Below, one piece after another: positions 1 to 8,967 of a stretch of 64,000 nucleotides of DNA. Position 1 is the stretch's first letter. Each line of letters opens with the position of its first letter. This stretch comes from an uncultured virus (IMG/VR IMGVR_UViG_3300042908_000623) (taxonomy: Duplodnaviria; Heunggongvirae; Uroviricota; Caudoviricetes), in IMG/VR virus record IMGVR_UViG_3300042908_000623. One strand, 5' to 3'. The translations under genes were made by a program, and so were the position numbers. The notes beneath the pieces were generated by a model. That model did no database searches, was not told the origin of the DNA, and saw only the letters and a list, made by a program, of their open reading frames with translations.

Positions 1-790
1 CCTCGACAAGTCCCAGGTTGACGACAAATCCCTCCTGATTGTTGTCGATAGTCTCGGCCACCAACCCCAAAACATTAGTAGAGTTGGCCTCACTGTTTCC
101 CTGCGCCAGCAAAGCTGATAGCCGCTGCCCCTGCGCTCCGCCTGCTCTGAGTATCTTGTATGCCGCTTTGGTCAGCTGTGCACCAGTCTTATTGACGACT
201 CGCGTGATGTTTTGCTGGCCGACGTGAAGTGTGACGTTTCCGCCTTTGACGCCAAGATTGAGCGTACCGTCGGTATCATCCCACACCAATCGAGCAGTCG
301 TGCCAGTTCCGGCAGGCGTAGTGTCAAAATCGATCGCGCCGACGTTGCCGAAGGCAGTATCGGTCGAGTTAAAGGTCATCGCTGATGCCGTATAGTTGCC
401 CGATCCATCAGAGACGATAGCGCGATTGGTTGTAGCACCTGCTCCCAGCTTGGTCTGCGTCGCAACTAAGGCCGCGGCCAGAGTGTTGTGATATGCCGAT
501 GAATCGACATTCTCAACAAGTGAGCTGTTGCCGTGGGATGCGCCAGTCGTGCCATTAAAGCCGCGAACGCATCCGGTAAAGGTCAAACTTGTCTTGCCCG
601 TGTACGTGATCAGCTCGTTATCGATTGCCAGTAATCCACTTGAGGCAAACGTGGCTGTTGACGCCACGGTAAGCACATCAGTTGTACTGTTGATCGCACT
701 GGTGAGCGTGGTAGTTGCGTTGTCGGTAGCTTTGATCAGCGTGTCGAGCGTATCAAGCGTTGTAGGAAAATTCACAACTCCAATTGCCAT
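1..790 (-). CDS. Tail fibre / virion structural protein (partial, runs off left edge)
   Basis: Manual translation from ATG 790 gives an open frame MAIGVVNFPTTLDTLDTLIKATDNATTTLTSAINS...IDNELITYTGKT...GCVRG, Thr/Gly-rich; not in the ORF track because there is no stop in the window. Confidence 0.7.
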   Translation of the reverse strand, partial: MAIGVVNFPTTLDTLDTLIKATDNATTTLTSAINSTTDVLTVASTATFASSGLLAIDNELITYTGKTSLTFTGCVRGFNGTTGASHGNSSLVENVDSSAYHNTLAAALVATQTKLGAGATTNRAIVSDGSGNYTASAMTFNSTDTAFGNVGAIDFDTTPAGTGTTARLVWDDTDGTLNLGVKGGNVTLHVGQQNITRVVNKTGAQLTKAAYKILRAGGAQGQRLSALLAQGNSEANSTNVLGLVAETIDNNQEGFVVNLGLVE

Positions 791-792
791 AA

Positions 793-1098
793 TTACCCCT
801 GCGTTGGGCCTCGCCGGGAGAGCAGCGTGGCATTGATTTGATTGAGCTGATCACGAAGTTGATCGTGCTGCTTCTCGAGTGACTCCTTTAAGTCCTGCAT
901 TGTGTTTCGAAATTCCGCGTGCGTCACGAAGGTCTTCTGTTCGGTCTCGATCTGTTTCAGTCGCTCGTTGATCTCACTAATTCGCCGCGTAAACTCGACG
1001 CGCGATGTCATCTTGAGGGCACTCATCATCCACCCGACAAGGACACTAACTACTGATACTACGATCGTTCCTATGACCTGATTTATTATTTCGTTCAT
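793..1098 (-). CDS. Single-TM coiled-coil protein (lysis cassette)
   Basis: N-terminal hydrophobic helix followed by heptads; positional counterpart of 51856-52077. Confidence 0.6.
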   Translation of the reverse strand: MNEIINQVIGTIVVSVVSVLVGWMMSALKMTSRVEFTRRISEINERLKQIETEQKTFVTHAEFRNTMQDLKESLEKQHDQLRDQLNQINATLLSRRGPTQG

Positions 1099-1198
1099 AG
1101 CGTTCCTCGTGGGGCTGATATGTGCGCCATTGCCGGTATCTTCGAGCCTGTCAGATGGTCGGCCTCGATGATGGCAATGGCGCACGGTAGATGATGGA

Positions 1199-1402
1199 TC
1201 ACTCTCCCTTCAGCCGTGCCAAGAGCGCAGCAGCCTGATCAGCGTTGGTGTTTGTCTGAATCATAGCAGCGTCGAGAAGCTCTTCCACGCTTTTGCCAGA
1301 CCGTGCAGATTCGGCAAGAATCTCTTTCAGGATGGCAAGCGCGGCATACGAAATAAAGTTGAGATATCCCGTTACCGGGTTCTGAATGATCTGATTGTCC
1401 AT
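1199..1402 (-). CDS. Small lysis-cassette protein
   Basis: Paralogue of 52198-52377 (LAILKEILAESARSGKSVEELLD vs LLAIKELLREGARRGLSCVELLD). Confidence 0.7.
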   Translation of the reverse strand: MDNQIIQNPVTGYLNFISYAALAILKEILAESARSGKSVEELLDAAMIQTNTNADQAAALLARLKGE

Positions 1403-2214
1403 TACTTTTTCACCTCTTTTGCGACTGTGACAAGCTCTGTGATTGACGCGATCGTACCAACCAGGTCGTCAATCAGGATTGTGTACTGACGTCGTTTCGC
1501 GTCGGGAATGGCCTTAAATACGGGATTATTGACCAGCTCATTGGCGATCGTTCGCGAGCTGATCAGGATTGACAGGATCTTCGTCTTACCGTCTCCCGTC
1601 AGTTCGAGACGCTGACCGTCCTTCGATATGTACGACTGCGACACGGTGATCAACTGTCGATTCAGCTCGTTGATCTGTACAAGCGACGTCGTGATAACGA
1701 TGCCGGTCTCTTTCGACATCTCGCCCGTTCCGGTCTGACGATCGACAAGCTGGATGCCAGCGTTGACGTATCCGGAGACGCGATCGAGCGTCTTTGCGTA
1801 CTCTTTGTCTTTCTCACAAGCCGTCAGACTCCCGACACCAGCGACAAGCATCAGGAGAATGATAAAACCCTTCCCACCATTGCCGGGGAAGTTGTCGTCA
1901 CTGCTCGAAAAGTTGAACAGCGACTTACCTACTGCAGCAAGCGCGGTGCCGGCCACGGTCAGAATGAATACTGCATTGGCAGGCAACAGATCCGCAGCTC
2001 CGGCAAGAACCGTCAACACCGCAACGGCAACGCCGATAGCTGTAATGACCTTGTTATCTTCGCCAAACTTCATCAATGCCCCTGAAGCCGAAGTAATAGT
2101 CGTGCCGATAAGCACAAGCCACGCAGCCGTCTTGGGCTGAAGAGAGGTAAACTGTGGAGCTACGGCAAATGTTACCGAGCTGATCACGCCAAGAATTGAG
2201 ATTATTTTCTGCAT
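1402..2214 (-). CDS. Holin-like 4-TM domain fused to a lipoprotein-like domain
   Basis: GGAGGA RBS before ATG 2214; four TM helices, then a lipobox-like GSLTAC; C-terminal half homologous to 52374-52847. Confidence 0.65.
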   Translation of the reverse strand: MQKIISILGVISSVTFAVAPQFTSLQPKTAAWLVLIGTTITSASGALMKFGEDNKVITAIGVAVAVLTVLAGAADLLPANAVFILTVAGTALAAVGKSLFNFSSSDDNFPGNGGKGFIILLMLVAGVGSLTACEKDKEYAKTLDRVSGYVNAGIQLVDRQTGTGEMSKETGIVITTSLVQINELNRQLITVSQSYISKDGQRLELTGDGKTKILSILISSRTIANELVNNPVFKAIPDAKRRQYTILIDDLVGTIASITELVTVAKEVKK

Positions 2215-2354
2215 CGATCCTCCAATGGTTTCAGATCTGAAAGTAACCAGAGTCACGTACTCTGACCACCTGACATAAAGCCTCGCAACATATGGTTGAC
2301 GAGAGTCTGGATTATGCCGCGAAATTTTGAAAAATTTTTCATTCGGCTTTTCTG

Positions 2355-2918
2355 TTAGTCGAGCTTGAACACTTCGCGCAACCTCATCCATCGAGCTAAT
2401 CGATCCGGATATCCATTCAGTCCGCCATTGATTTTCTTGGTCATTGCCTTGAACGAGTCTTCAGTGTCGATATCAGCAATCTCGTTTAGTCCGCGATTCT
2501 TCCACCACCAGCAAGCAGACTGCACCGCGTATTGTGGTCGCTGCAGAAGTGCCGGCTGTCCCACGAAGTCTACTGACAGCGCGATAGCGGCTTCCGTGTA
2601 ATTGGCGCGTCCAGTGATCTGGATCAGCCCGCGACCACGAAAGCGTGACCCATCGCCAGCTTCTGTATTGCCGAGAGACGCGGCAAGCGTGGTCGGTCGC
2701 TCGTAGCGCAGCTGTTGCGCCGTTGGCCCCCATATCTCAGCCATCCATCGAAGGTCGCCGCTCTCGTGTCCGATCTGCGCGAAAAATGCCGCCTGACGCT
2801 TGGCTGTGTTGATCTGGTACTCCTCGCAATAACGACCAAACCAGATAGCAAATAGCTGAAGCTTGTGAGCCTCGACTCGTGGAAAGACTGCTCGTAATAT
2901 TCCTATCGTAATCATCAA
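2355..2918 (-). CDS. Endolysin, glycoside hydrolase family 19 (chitinase-like lysozyme)
   Basis: QIGHESG, FRGRGLIQITGRANY, SACWWW, TKKINGGLNG motifs. Confidence 0.92.
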   Translation of the reverse strand: MMITIGILRAVFPRVEAHKLQLFAIWFGRYCEEYQINTAKRQAAFFAQIGHESGDLRWMAEIWGPTAQQLRYERPTTLAASLGNTEAGDGSRFRGRGLIQITGRANYTEAAIALSVDFVGQPALLQRPQYAVQSACWWWKNRGLNEIADIDTEDSFKAMTKKINGGLNGYPDRLARWMRLREVFKLD

Positions 2919-2992
2919 TCACCTCGCTGAATTTTTTCTAAATCGCCCAAAGATATAGTCTCGAGTGCAAATATTTTATCGGAGGTTTGATT

Positions 2993-3325
2993 ATGCCAAT
3001 GCCAGCAGTTCCGCCAGGAGACGTTCAATCGACAGCAAAACGCGCCCTTGAATGGCGTCGAGAGTATGGACGTGGAGGTACTGAGATCGGAGTAGCACGT
3101 GCACGCGACCTCAGTAACGGGAAGGGAATACCGATCGAGACAATCAAGCGGATGGTTAGTTACTTCGCACGTCACGCAGTAGACCTCAAAGCCGAAGGAG
3201 CACGTCAGGGTGAGACGGGATTTCCTTCGGCTGGTCGTATTGCGTGGGATCTTTGGGGCGGGGATGCTGGCTTGCGTTGGGCTACGCGCATCCTGAGACG
3301 TGAAGAGAATGCGGATCGAGCTTAG
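2993..3325 (+). CDS. Conserved phage protein (GRIAWxLWGG domain), stand-alone
   Basis: GGAGG RBS; homologous to the C-terminal ~110 aa of portal 47606-50086. Confidence 0.8.
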   Translation: MPMPAVPPGDVQSTAKRALEWRREYGRGGTEIGVARARDLSNGKGIPIETIKRMVSYFARHAVDLKAEGARQGETGFPSAGRIAWDLWGGDAGLRWATRILRREENADRA

Positions 3326-4125
3326 TACTCTTCCGGATCGACGCCTTCGTTCGTCCTTGCCTGCTCTGTCCAGTGCTCGAGTCGTTTGACCTCAAACTCG
3401 GCAAGGTCGTCTACCTTGCGCTGCCAGAGCTGCTTACGTTCCGACGCAAGATCCGACTCGACCTCACACAATACCTGATGCAGCTCGCCGATAAGCGGGA
3501 ATTGGCGCACGAAGTGATCCTCCATTTCCTGCGCGTATAGCTGCATCTCGCCTTGTGCGTCGTGCGCCTTTCGTAGTCGCAAGAAGTTCATCAGAGATCG
3601 GAGATTGAACTGCGCGTACAGTTCGGTCTCCGTGCATACTGGTAGCACCGTTCGCGCCTGCTCCCTGCTTACGCCAAGTGACAGCAGCTTCTGATATGCC
3701 GTCACAGACGCTTCTATTGCCCCCAGGTAAGCATTTTCAGCCGCTTGCTGGTCGGTGATAAGGGTGTCGGACATCTGACGGTTTACAAGCGATTGTCGCC
3801 GCCATCCGGACGGCTTGTGGAACGTCAGATCCATTTCGACGTACCGTCCGGATCGCTGAGAATAGCTGGCCATCCGGTGACGCTGAAGCTGTGCCACCAG
3901 GTATAGCGGCATATGCAGCCGAAATATCATCCCACCAAACTCGAGCGGCGATCCGTGGTCGTGCTCGAGTAGAGTCTTGATCAGTCGGCGATTGGCGGCT
4001 TTGCCTTTGTTCTCGGAGCCCGTCGATACTCTGGCAATCTTGGCAATCGAGTAATCGTCACCCCAGCTTTCGACCATTTTTGCCGATCCGTAACTCTTGA
4101 TAGTTGTTGTGCTTTTGCTTTCCAT
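3322..4125 (-). CDS. thyX: Flavin-dependent thymidylate synthase
   Basis: HGSPLE, RHRMASYSQRSGRY signature, REQARTVLP, NLRSLMNFLRLR, AQGEM. Confidence 0.95.
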   Translation of the reverse strand: MESKSTTTIKSYGSAKMVESWGDDYSIAKIARVSTGSENKGKAANRRLIKTLLEHDHGSPLEFGGMIFRLHMPLYLVAQLQRHRMASYSQRSGRYVEMDLTFHKPSGWRRQSLVNRQMSDTLITDQQAAENAYLGAIEASVTAYQKLLSLGVSREQARTVLPVCTETELYAQFNLRSLMNFLRLRKAHDAQGEMQLYAQEMEDHFVRQFPLIGELHQVLCEVESDLASERKQLWQRKVDDLAEFEVKRLEHWTEQARTNEGVDPEEY

Positions 4126-4144
4126 TCGTTGTCCCCTTCCGTGA

Positions 4145-5071
4145 TTAGGCAATGTCGTAGTAAGTGCGCGCCGGGCCTCGTGCGCCTGGTACGCGCTCTT
4201 CCATCGTCTGAATGCGCGATGTGAGCACGTCGTCATCAATCATCCTGCTCAGCCATACCCGCACCACCTCGCGATCTTCTCGCAGAAAATCAGCAATCGG
4301 ATCAAGTTCGTTGATGCCCAGATTCTGAATGACATTGATGATCCTTTCCTGAACGGCTTGAGCGGGGATCTCTACGATGTATTTGACCTCATCGAGCGCG
4401 TCGAAGAGTGTCTGGCGCGTTGCCGGATACTTCGTGGCAAACGCTTTCACGTGCTCCCAGATATTCGACCATATGCGCTGGCCGTCGTCGTCGAGAGTAA
4501 TTGCCGGGAGTATCGCTGTCAGGTCTGGCACGTGACGCGGCTTGACCAGCTGCCACGCATCGCGCGTCGAGAAGTTCGGGTCTTCGGCTTTCTTTCGTGC
4601 CAATAGCTCGATCGTCTCGTGTGGGTCAGGTGACCGTAATGCAGCCTTAAAGAACTCCTTCTCTTCGAGGTGATCAAAACTACTGATCGCGCGTTCAGAC
4701 GTTCCGTCTTCGCCTGGTTGTTCGGCAAAGAATGTTTTGTGAATGGCTGCGTTCTGGTAGATCGTCCGTGGCGTGACGTTGAGGTCGTGTGCTACCTGGC
4801 GCACAGCCGCATCGACTCCCACGCCTTCGATGTCCTTCTGTCCACGTCCGCCGCGAAGCTTGACACGGTCGAGGATGACCGCATCACAAGCCGCCTCGAT
4901 TCTCCACGCGGCCCTTCCGAGTGCGCGCGCTGAGTTGCGGATCTCTGATACCTCCTCATCTGTGCGCGATGGCAGGCTGTGCACAATTTGGTCTGCAGAT
5001 CCGTCGATGGCGTACATCCAGTCGATCTGACTAGATGCTGAGTCTTTCTGAATCAATCCGTTTTCGCTCAA
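4145..5071 (-). CDS. Putative DNA-binding protein (ParB/LmbU-like helical region plus C-terminal winged helix)
   Basis: HTH-like VRQVAHDLNVTPRTIYQ; C-terminal RVWLSRM...GARGPARTYYDIA shared with 53935-54735. Confidence 0.6.
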   Translation of the reverse strand: MSENGLIQKDSASSQIDWMYAIDGSADQIVHSLPSRTDEEVSEIRNSARALGRAAWRIEAACDAVILDRVKLRGGRGQKDIEGVGVDAAVRQVAHDLNVTPRTIYQNAAIHKTFFAEQPGEDGTSERAISSFDHLEEKEFFKAALRSPDPHETIELLARKKAEDPNFSTRDAWQLVKPRHVPDLTAILPAITLDDDGQRIWSNIWEHVKAFATKYPATRQTLFDALDEVKYIVEIPAQAVQERIINVIQNLGINELDPIADFLREDREVVRVWLSRMIDDDVLTSRIQTMEERVPGARGPARTYYDIA

Positions 5072-5102
5072 AGTGATTGTCCTTTTGTTGTGGCACGGGC
5101 CG

Positions 5103-5315
5103 TCAAATGACGGCCTGCGCTCTCTCTTGTTCCTCCCATAATTGGCATATGAGCTGTGGTGTGTCGATGGAGATTTCCACGAATAGGTGATCTTGTGCCT
5201 GCTGTGCCACTAGTGGCACGGGCGAGTCACAGAGCATTGCAAGTTCGAGCTGCTGAAGTGGCACAGGCCAACTTTGCACCTCCTCAAGACTTGGTTTGTG
5301 GTTTCGATTTTCCAT
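5103..5315 (-). CDS. Hypothetical protein
   Basis: Fills the operon gap; same position as 54738-55001. Confidence 0.4.
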   Translation of the reverse strand: MENRNHKPSLEEVQSWPVPLQQLELAMLCDSPVPLVAQQAQDHLFVEISIDTPQLICQLWEEQERAQAVI

Positions 5316-5781
5316 TCCGATTGTAGATCCTTTCGATTGCAGACTGGGTAATGTATCGCACATATTTGCGCTCAGAAGTGCGCTTGCCTGTCGCCGAAAT
5401 TGTGGGCACACGTCGCCAGAGTGACCACCCCGCGCCGGCTTGTCGCCACTCGTGCCCCGATATTTTTGGTGGTGGCACAGTGTGAGACTTGCCTTTCGGT
5501 AAGTTGTTGATTTTAGCAGACCTTAACGCCAATGTGCCACTAGTGGCACATGACCTCCGATTTGACCGTTGTGCCACTAGTGACACACGGCTCTGTGCCA
5601 CTGGTTGTGTCACGGGCACAGGCGGCATTATTGGCGATTGTGCCACCGGTGACGGGCTGGGCACACGGTCGAAATTTTGGACTTGTGCCACCGAGTCAGT
5701 CACGGGCACAGACTCGATATTCTGAGCTTGTGCCACTGGTTGTGCCACTGGTTGTGCCTGATCTTGTGCCACTACTGGCAC
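5203..5781. repeat. Cluster of TGTGCCAC octamers and TGTGCCAC-TA-GTGGCACA palindromes
   Basis: At least 12 exact copies in both orientations (5203, 5258, 5472, 5533, 5543, 5570, 5594, 5639, 5684, 5729, 5741, 5765); perfect palindrome at 5533-5550. Confidence 0.9.
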
Positions 5782-5871
5782 AGACGGCGCGAGGCGTCCG
5801 GGCGTTGGGAAGTGCACGTATTCTTCGATGGTCGGATCGTCGATATCCTGATCGCGAATCACGCGCACCAT
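5284..5871 (-). CDS. Protein with PVAQ repeats and basic C-terminal domain
   Basis: ORF carries the DNA octamer repeats; basic Trp-containing C-terminus. Confidence 0.65.
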   Translation of the reverse strand: MVRVIRDQDIDDPTIEEYVHFPTPGRLAPSVPVVAQDQAQPVAQPVAQAQNIESVPVTDSVAQVQNFDRVPSPSPVAQSPIMPPVPVTQPVAQSRVSLVAQRSNRRSCATSGTLALRSAKINNLPKGKSHTVPPPKISGHEWRQAGAGWSLWRRVPTISATGKRTSERKYVRYITQSAIERIYNRNGKSKPQTKS

Positions 5872-5888
5872 CTCGGCATTCCCCCGAT

Positions 5889-6719
5889 CTAACTCGGGGG
5901 ATTGTCTTTTGGGTCTGACGCCTGTGCCGCCGCCGGAAGCGGGTTGATTCGTCGCTGGGTAGGTGCGGATGTGCTAGTCCTGCCCATCGCATTCAGGAGC
6001 GACTGACGAAGCTCTGGATCGCTCACAGAGTCCATTGCACGTCGTGACCGCTCTTTGATCTGGATGTAATTCTCCATTGCGCCCACGAGTTTTTCCTCGA
6101 GCACGGACTTGTGCTCAAAGTAGGCCAACCGCGAATTCTCGATCTCTGACTGGTGCTCAAGCTCCAAAGCTTGCGTCACAAGTTGGGCACGTCCACGTTC
6201 AGCCGCGAGAAGAGAAGCTGCGCGCGATTCGCTGATCGCCGTTGACCAGTGGAAAGCGTGGAGAACGCAAACGGCAAGAACCATCAGGCCAAAGAGAAGC
6301 GGGAAGGCAACGTACTTGGAATAGTTGTAGATCGTGTTCTCGAGCGTCGGCCCGACGCCGCTGATCTGGTAGAGTGCCGCGCATCCGTGAACGAAGCTGA
6401 TCGTCGTGAACAGCACCGCGAATGCCTGCAGCGCGATCTTGTGGGCACCTGCGCTTTTGTTCTGCTTGTTCCAGAAGTAGACGCAGCACGCCTCAAAGAG
6501 AAGCGCGACAGATCCGAGTGCTACTCCCCAGATGCCTGGCACGTGAGAGTAGAACAGGTGAAAGTTGAGGCTGGCCAGAATCGCAAAGATCAGATACTTC
6601 ACGATTGCCAGGAAGCCGCCAGTGCCGGCAAGATCGAAGGATCGCGCCTCTTCCATCAACGATTCGCCTCTGGTCTTGTCGTCCTTGTCGAGAAGTTTGT
6701 TTAAGTCAAAAAGTCCCAT
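5889..6719 (-). CDS. 4-TM membrane protein with C-terminal coiled coil
   Basis: Four hydrophobic helices; close paralogue of 55473-56306. Confidence 0.85.
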   Translation of the reverse strand: MGLFDLNKLLDKDDKTRGESLMEEARSFDLAGTGGFLAIVKYLIFAILASLNFHLFYSHVPGIWGVALGSVALLFEACCVYFWNKQNKSAGAHKIALQAFAVLFTTISFVHGCAALYQISGVGPTLENTIYNYSKYVAFPLLFGLMVLAVCVLHAFHWSTAISESRAASLLAAERGRAQLVTQALELEHQSEIENSRLAYFEHKSVLEEKLVGAMENYIQIKERSRRAMDSVSDPELRQSLLNAMGRTSTSAPTQRRINPLPAAAQASDPKDNPPS

Positions 6720-6746
6720 TGTGGTTGTTCCTTTCGTGCTGTGTGG

Positions 6747-6941
6747 TTAGTTGCGTCGTCTGGTGATTGCGTCTGAGATAGCAGCGACCGCACCTGCGAC
6801 CAGTGCCACTACTGTCACCGCGATAACGGGAAGCTGAAGCTCTTCCCACGACACATAGTTTAGTCGAAACGATACGACCATCAGAATCAGCAAGCTGATA
6901 GTCAGAAAAAAGATGCCCTGTAGTATTTCGGCAAATCTCAA
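6747..6941 (-). CDS. Small 2-TM membrane protein
   Basis: Two hydrophobic stretches; overlaps the upstream stop codon. Confidence 0.55.
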   Translation of the reverse strand: MRFAEILQGIFFLTISLLILMVVSFRLNYVSWEELQLPVIAVTVVALVAGAVAAISDAITRRRN

Positions 6942-7303
6942 AATTCACGCTCCTTCCAGCCACCGCCGCTTTTCTTCGGGATGGCCTGTACTGCGACAAA
7001 TCGAAAAGGGAAGAGATCGGCAGCGACTTTGATCTTGACCAGTGCGTCATCTTCCCAGAATCCTTTGACCTCGTGCACCTCAAGTTCGCCATTCGCCAGC
7101 TGCACCACAAAATCGGGTGTGTACCGGCAATCATCGGCAACTCGAAAAGTGAATCGCTCAAACCAGATCGCGCAGTAGTCGCCAGCCATCAGTCGCGGTC
7201 TGAGCATTTCGGCTTCGTAGCGCGCTTCGGTCAGGTTCATCTGTCCTGACTGGCGTCTGACAGTGCGCCCACGAGCCACAGGAAGGCTTCTAAGGCCCTT
7301 CAA
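6938..7303 (-). CDS. PD-(D/E)XK nuclease (DUF1064-like, putative resolvase)
   Basis: YTPDFVV...EVHEVKGF motif. Confidence 0.75.
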   Translation of the reverse strand: MKGLRSLPVARGRTVRRQSGQMNLTEARYEAEMLRPRLMAGDYCAIWFERFTFRVADDCRYTPDFVVQLANGELEVHEVKGFWEDDALVKIKVAADLFPFRFVAVQAIPKKSGGGWKEREF

Positions 7304-7542
7304 GCTGCACCCCCTATACTTTGCCCTACCTTGAACGCTTCGTCGCGTTGTAGGGCAATCTGGTGCAACATGTCACGCTGAAATCTGGCAATAGTCAGCT
7401 TGAGGAGCACAAGCTGATCGGCCATTGGAGGGTCAGTGTGTGCACACTTCTCGATATCGATCTGAATTGTCTTCTTCAGCAAGTCGAGCGACTGATGGCT
7501 CTCCTCGAGGATGGCCGTGTACTGGCGGTGATGGTTTCGCAT
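7300..7542 (-). CDS. Hypothetical protein
   Basis: Coupled ORF with RBS. Confidence 0.55.
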   Translation of the reverse strand: MRNHHRQYTAILEESHQSLDLLKKTIQIDIEKCAHTDPPMADQLVLLKLTIARFQRDMLHQIALQRDEAFKVGQSIGGAA

Positions 7543-7572
7543 TTGCGATAGTCCCTTTCTGTGATGGTGTGG

Positions 7573-8934
7573 TTAGTATTCGCTGACATCCGCGAACTGT
7601 GCGAATCGCGAATGTGCCGGGAAAAACATAAGCTCTACGGTGACGTCCTTTTTGCCGGCGCGATGCTTGGCAATCCGGAATTTGCGCTTCATGTTCGTTT
7701 CGTCGTTCCAGTCGTCCGGCTGGAGGAAGAACACGCAGTCGGCGTCCTGCTCGATTGATCCGGATCCGCGAAGGTCGGATAGCTGGTAGTCGCGCGTCGT
7801 TCGATCGGCGGACTTGCGGTTGAGCTGGCTGAGGGCGATTACAGGGATATTGTATCTGATCGCAATCCGCTTCAGCTCGCGGCTGACTTCGCTGATCTTC
7901 TGGTGCTCGCTCTCGTTGCGGTTCTTGCCGTTGCTGTCCACAAGCTGAAGGTAGTCGATAACCAGAAAGTCGATCTGGCCGCGACGGGTTTTAACGCGCT
8001 CAACCATCGACTGCAGGCTGGCAGGCGTGACTTGTGAGAATCCTTCGCAATATTCGATGTCGAGACCTGAGAGTACGTCACCGGCAATGATGAGCTTGCG
8101 TCGCTCATCGTTGTCTAGTCGTCCCGTCTCAATCCGCCAGGTATCAATTCGCGTATTGATGCCAAGCATTTTGACAGTGAGTTCAGGGACGGACATCTCG
8201 AGGGATATGACAAGTCCGGCACATCGCGCATTCTCTGCGCGACGATGAGTCATAATCGAGTTGACAAAGTTCAGTGCCAGCGTGGTCTTACCCATTCCCG
8301 TACCGGCTGCGATGACGTAGTAGCGACCGCCACGTAAGCCGCCGGTGACGTCATCAAGCTGGCTTAGTCCTGTCGATAGTCCGAGCATCTGATCACCACG
8401 CGCCCATCGTTCCTCGAGATCCTGAAACGTGCGCGTGACGGCATCGGATGAGTGGATCAACTCATCTTTCGTTTCGCTCAGCAGCTCGATGGACTGCAGC
8501 TTGCGGATCGACTCGGCAAGCAGATCGTCGATAGTGGTGTCGTTGGCGTTTGCATTAGCCATCATCCACGAGCTGACCTTGAGCAGATCGCGACGTGCAG
8601 CCGCTGACTTGACCAGCTTGACGTGAGTTGAGAGGTAAGAGGCGCGGGAGTAGCGCGGAATGCCGTCAACGAGAGCGCAGATGTAAGCGATATCTGCGCT
8701 CTCGTTGAATGACTGGATAGTGCGGGGAACAGTGAGCAAGTCGATGGTCTGACGCTGCGATTCGAGATGCCGGATAGCGCGCCATATCTGCTTGTGAGTC
8801 GGGTGGAAAAAGTCGTCGGCTGACAGATCGCTAACAAGCTCTGAAGCGAGGTCGCCATTAAAGAGCAAGCATCCCAGGATGAGACGCTCTGCTGAGTTAT
8901 CGCGTGGTGTTTGGATTAGTTCATCGTCGTTCAT
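7573..8934 (-). CDS. dnaB: Replicative DNA helicase
   Basis: AGTGMGKT Walker A, SLEM, IDYLQL, LSQLNR, DLRGSGSIEQDAD, KHR. Confidence 0.95.
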   Translation of the reverse strand: MNDDELIQTPRDNSAERLILGCLLFNGDLASELVSDLSADDFFHPTHKQIWRAIRHLESQRQTIDLLTVPRTIQSFNESADIAYICALVDGIPRYSRASYLSTHVKLVKSAAARRDLLKVSSWMMANANANDTTIDDLLAESIRKLQSIELLSETKDELIHSSDAVTRTFQDLEERWARGDQMLGLSTGLSQLDDVTGGLRGGRYYVIAAGTGMGKTTLALNFVNSIMTHRRAENARCAGLVISLEMSVPELTVKMLGINTRIDTWRIETGRLDNDERRKLIIAGDVLSGLDIEYCEGFSQVTPASLQSMVERVKTRRGQIDFLVIDYLQLVDSNGKNRNESEHQKISEVSRELKRIAIRYNIPVIALSQLNRKSADRTTRDYQLSDLRGSGSIEQDADCVFFLQPDDWNDETNMKRKFRIAKHRAGKKDVTVELMFFPAHSRFAQFADVSEY

Positions 8935-8967
8935 CGTTATTCCTCGTAGTGGTTATATTTTACCGTG

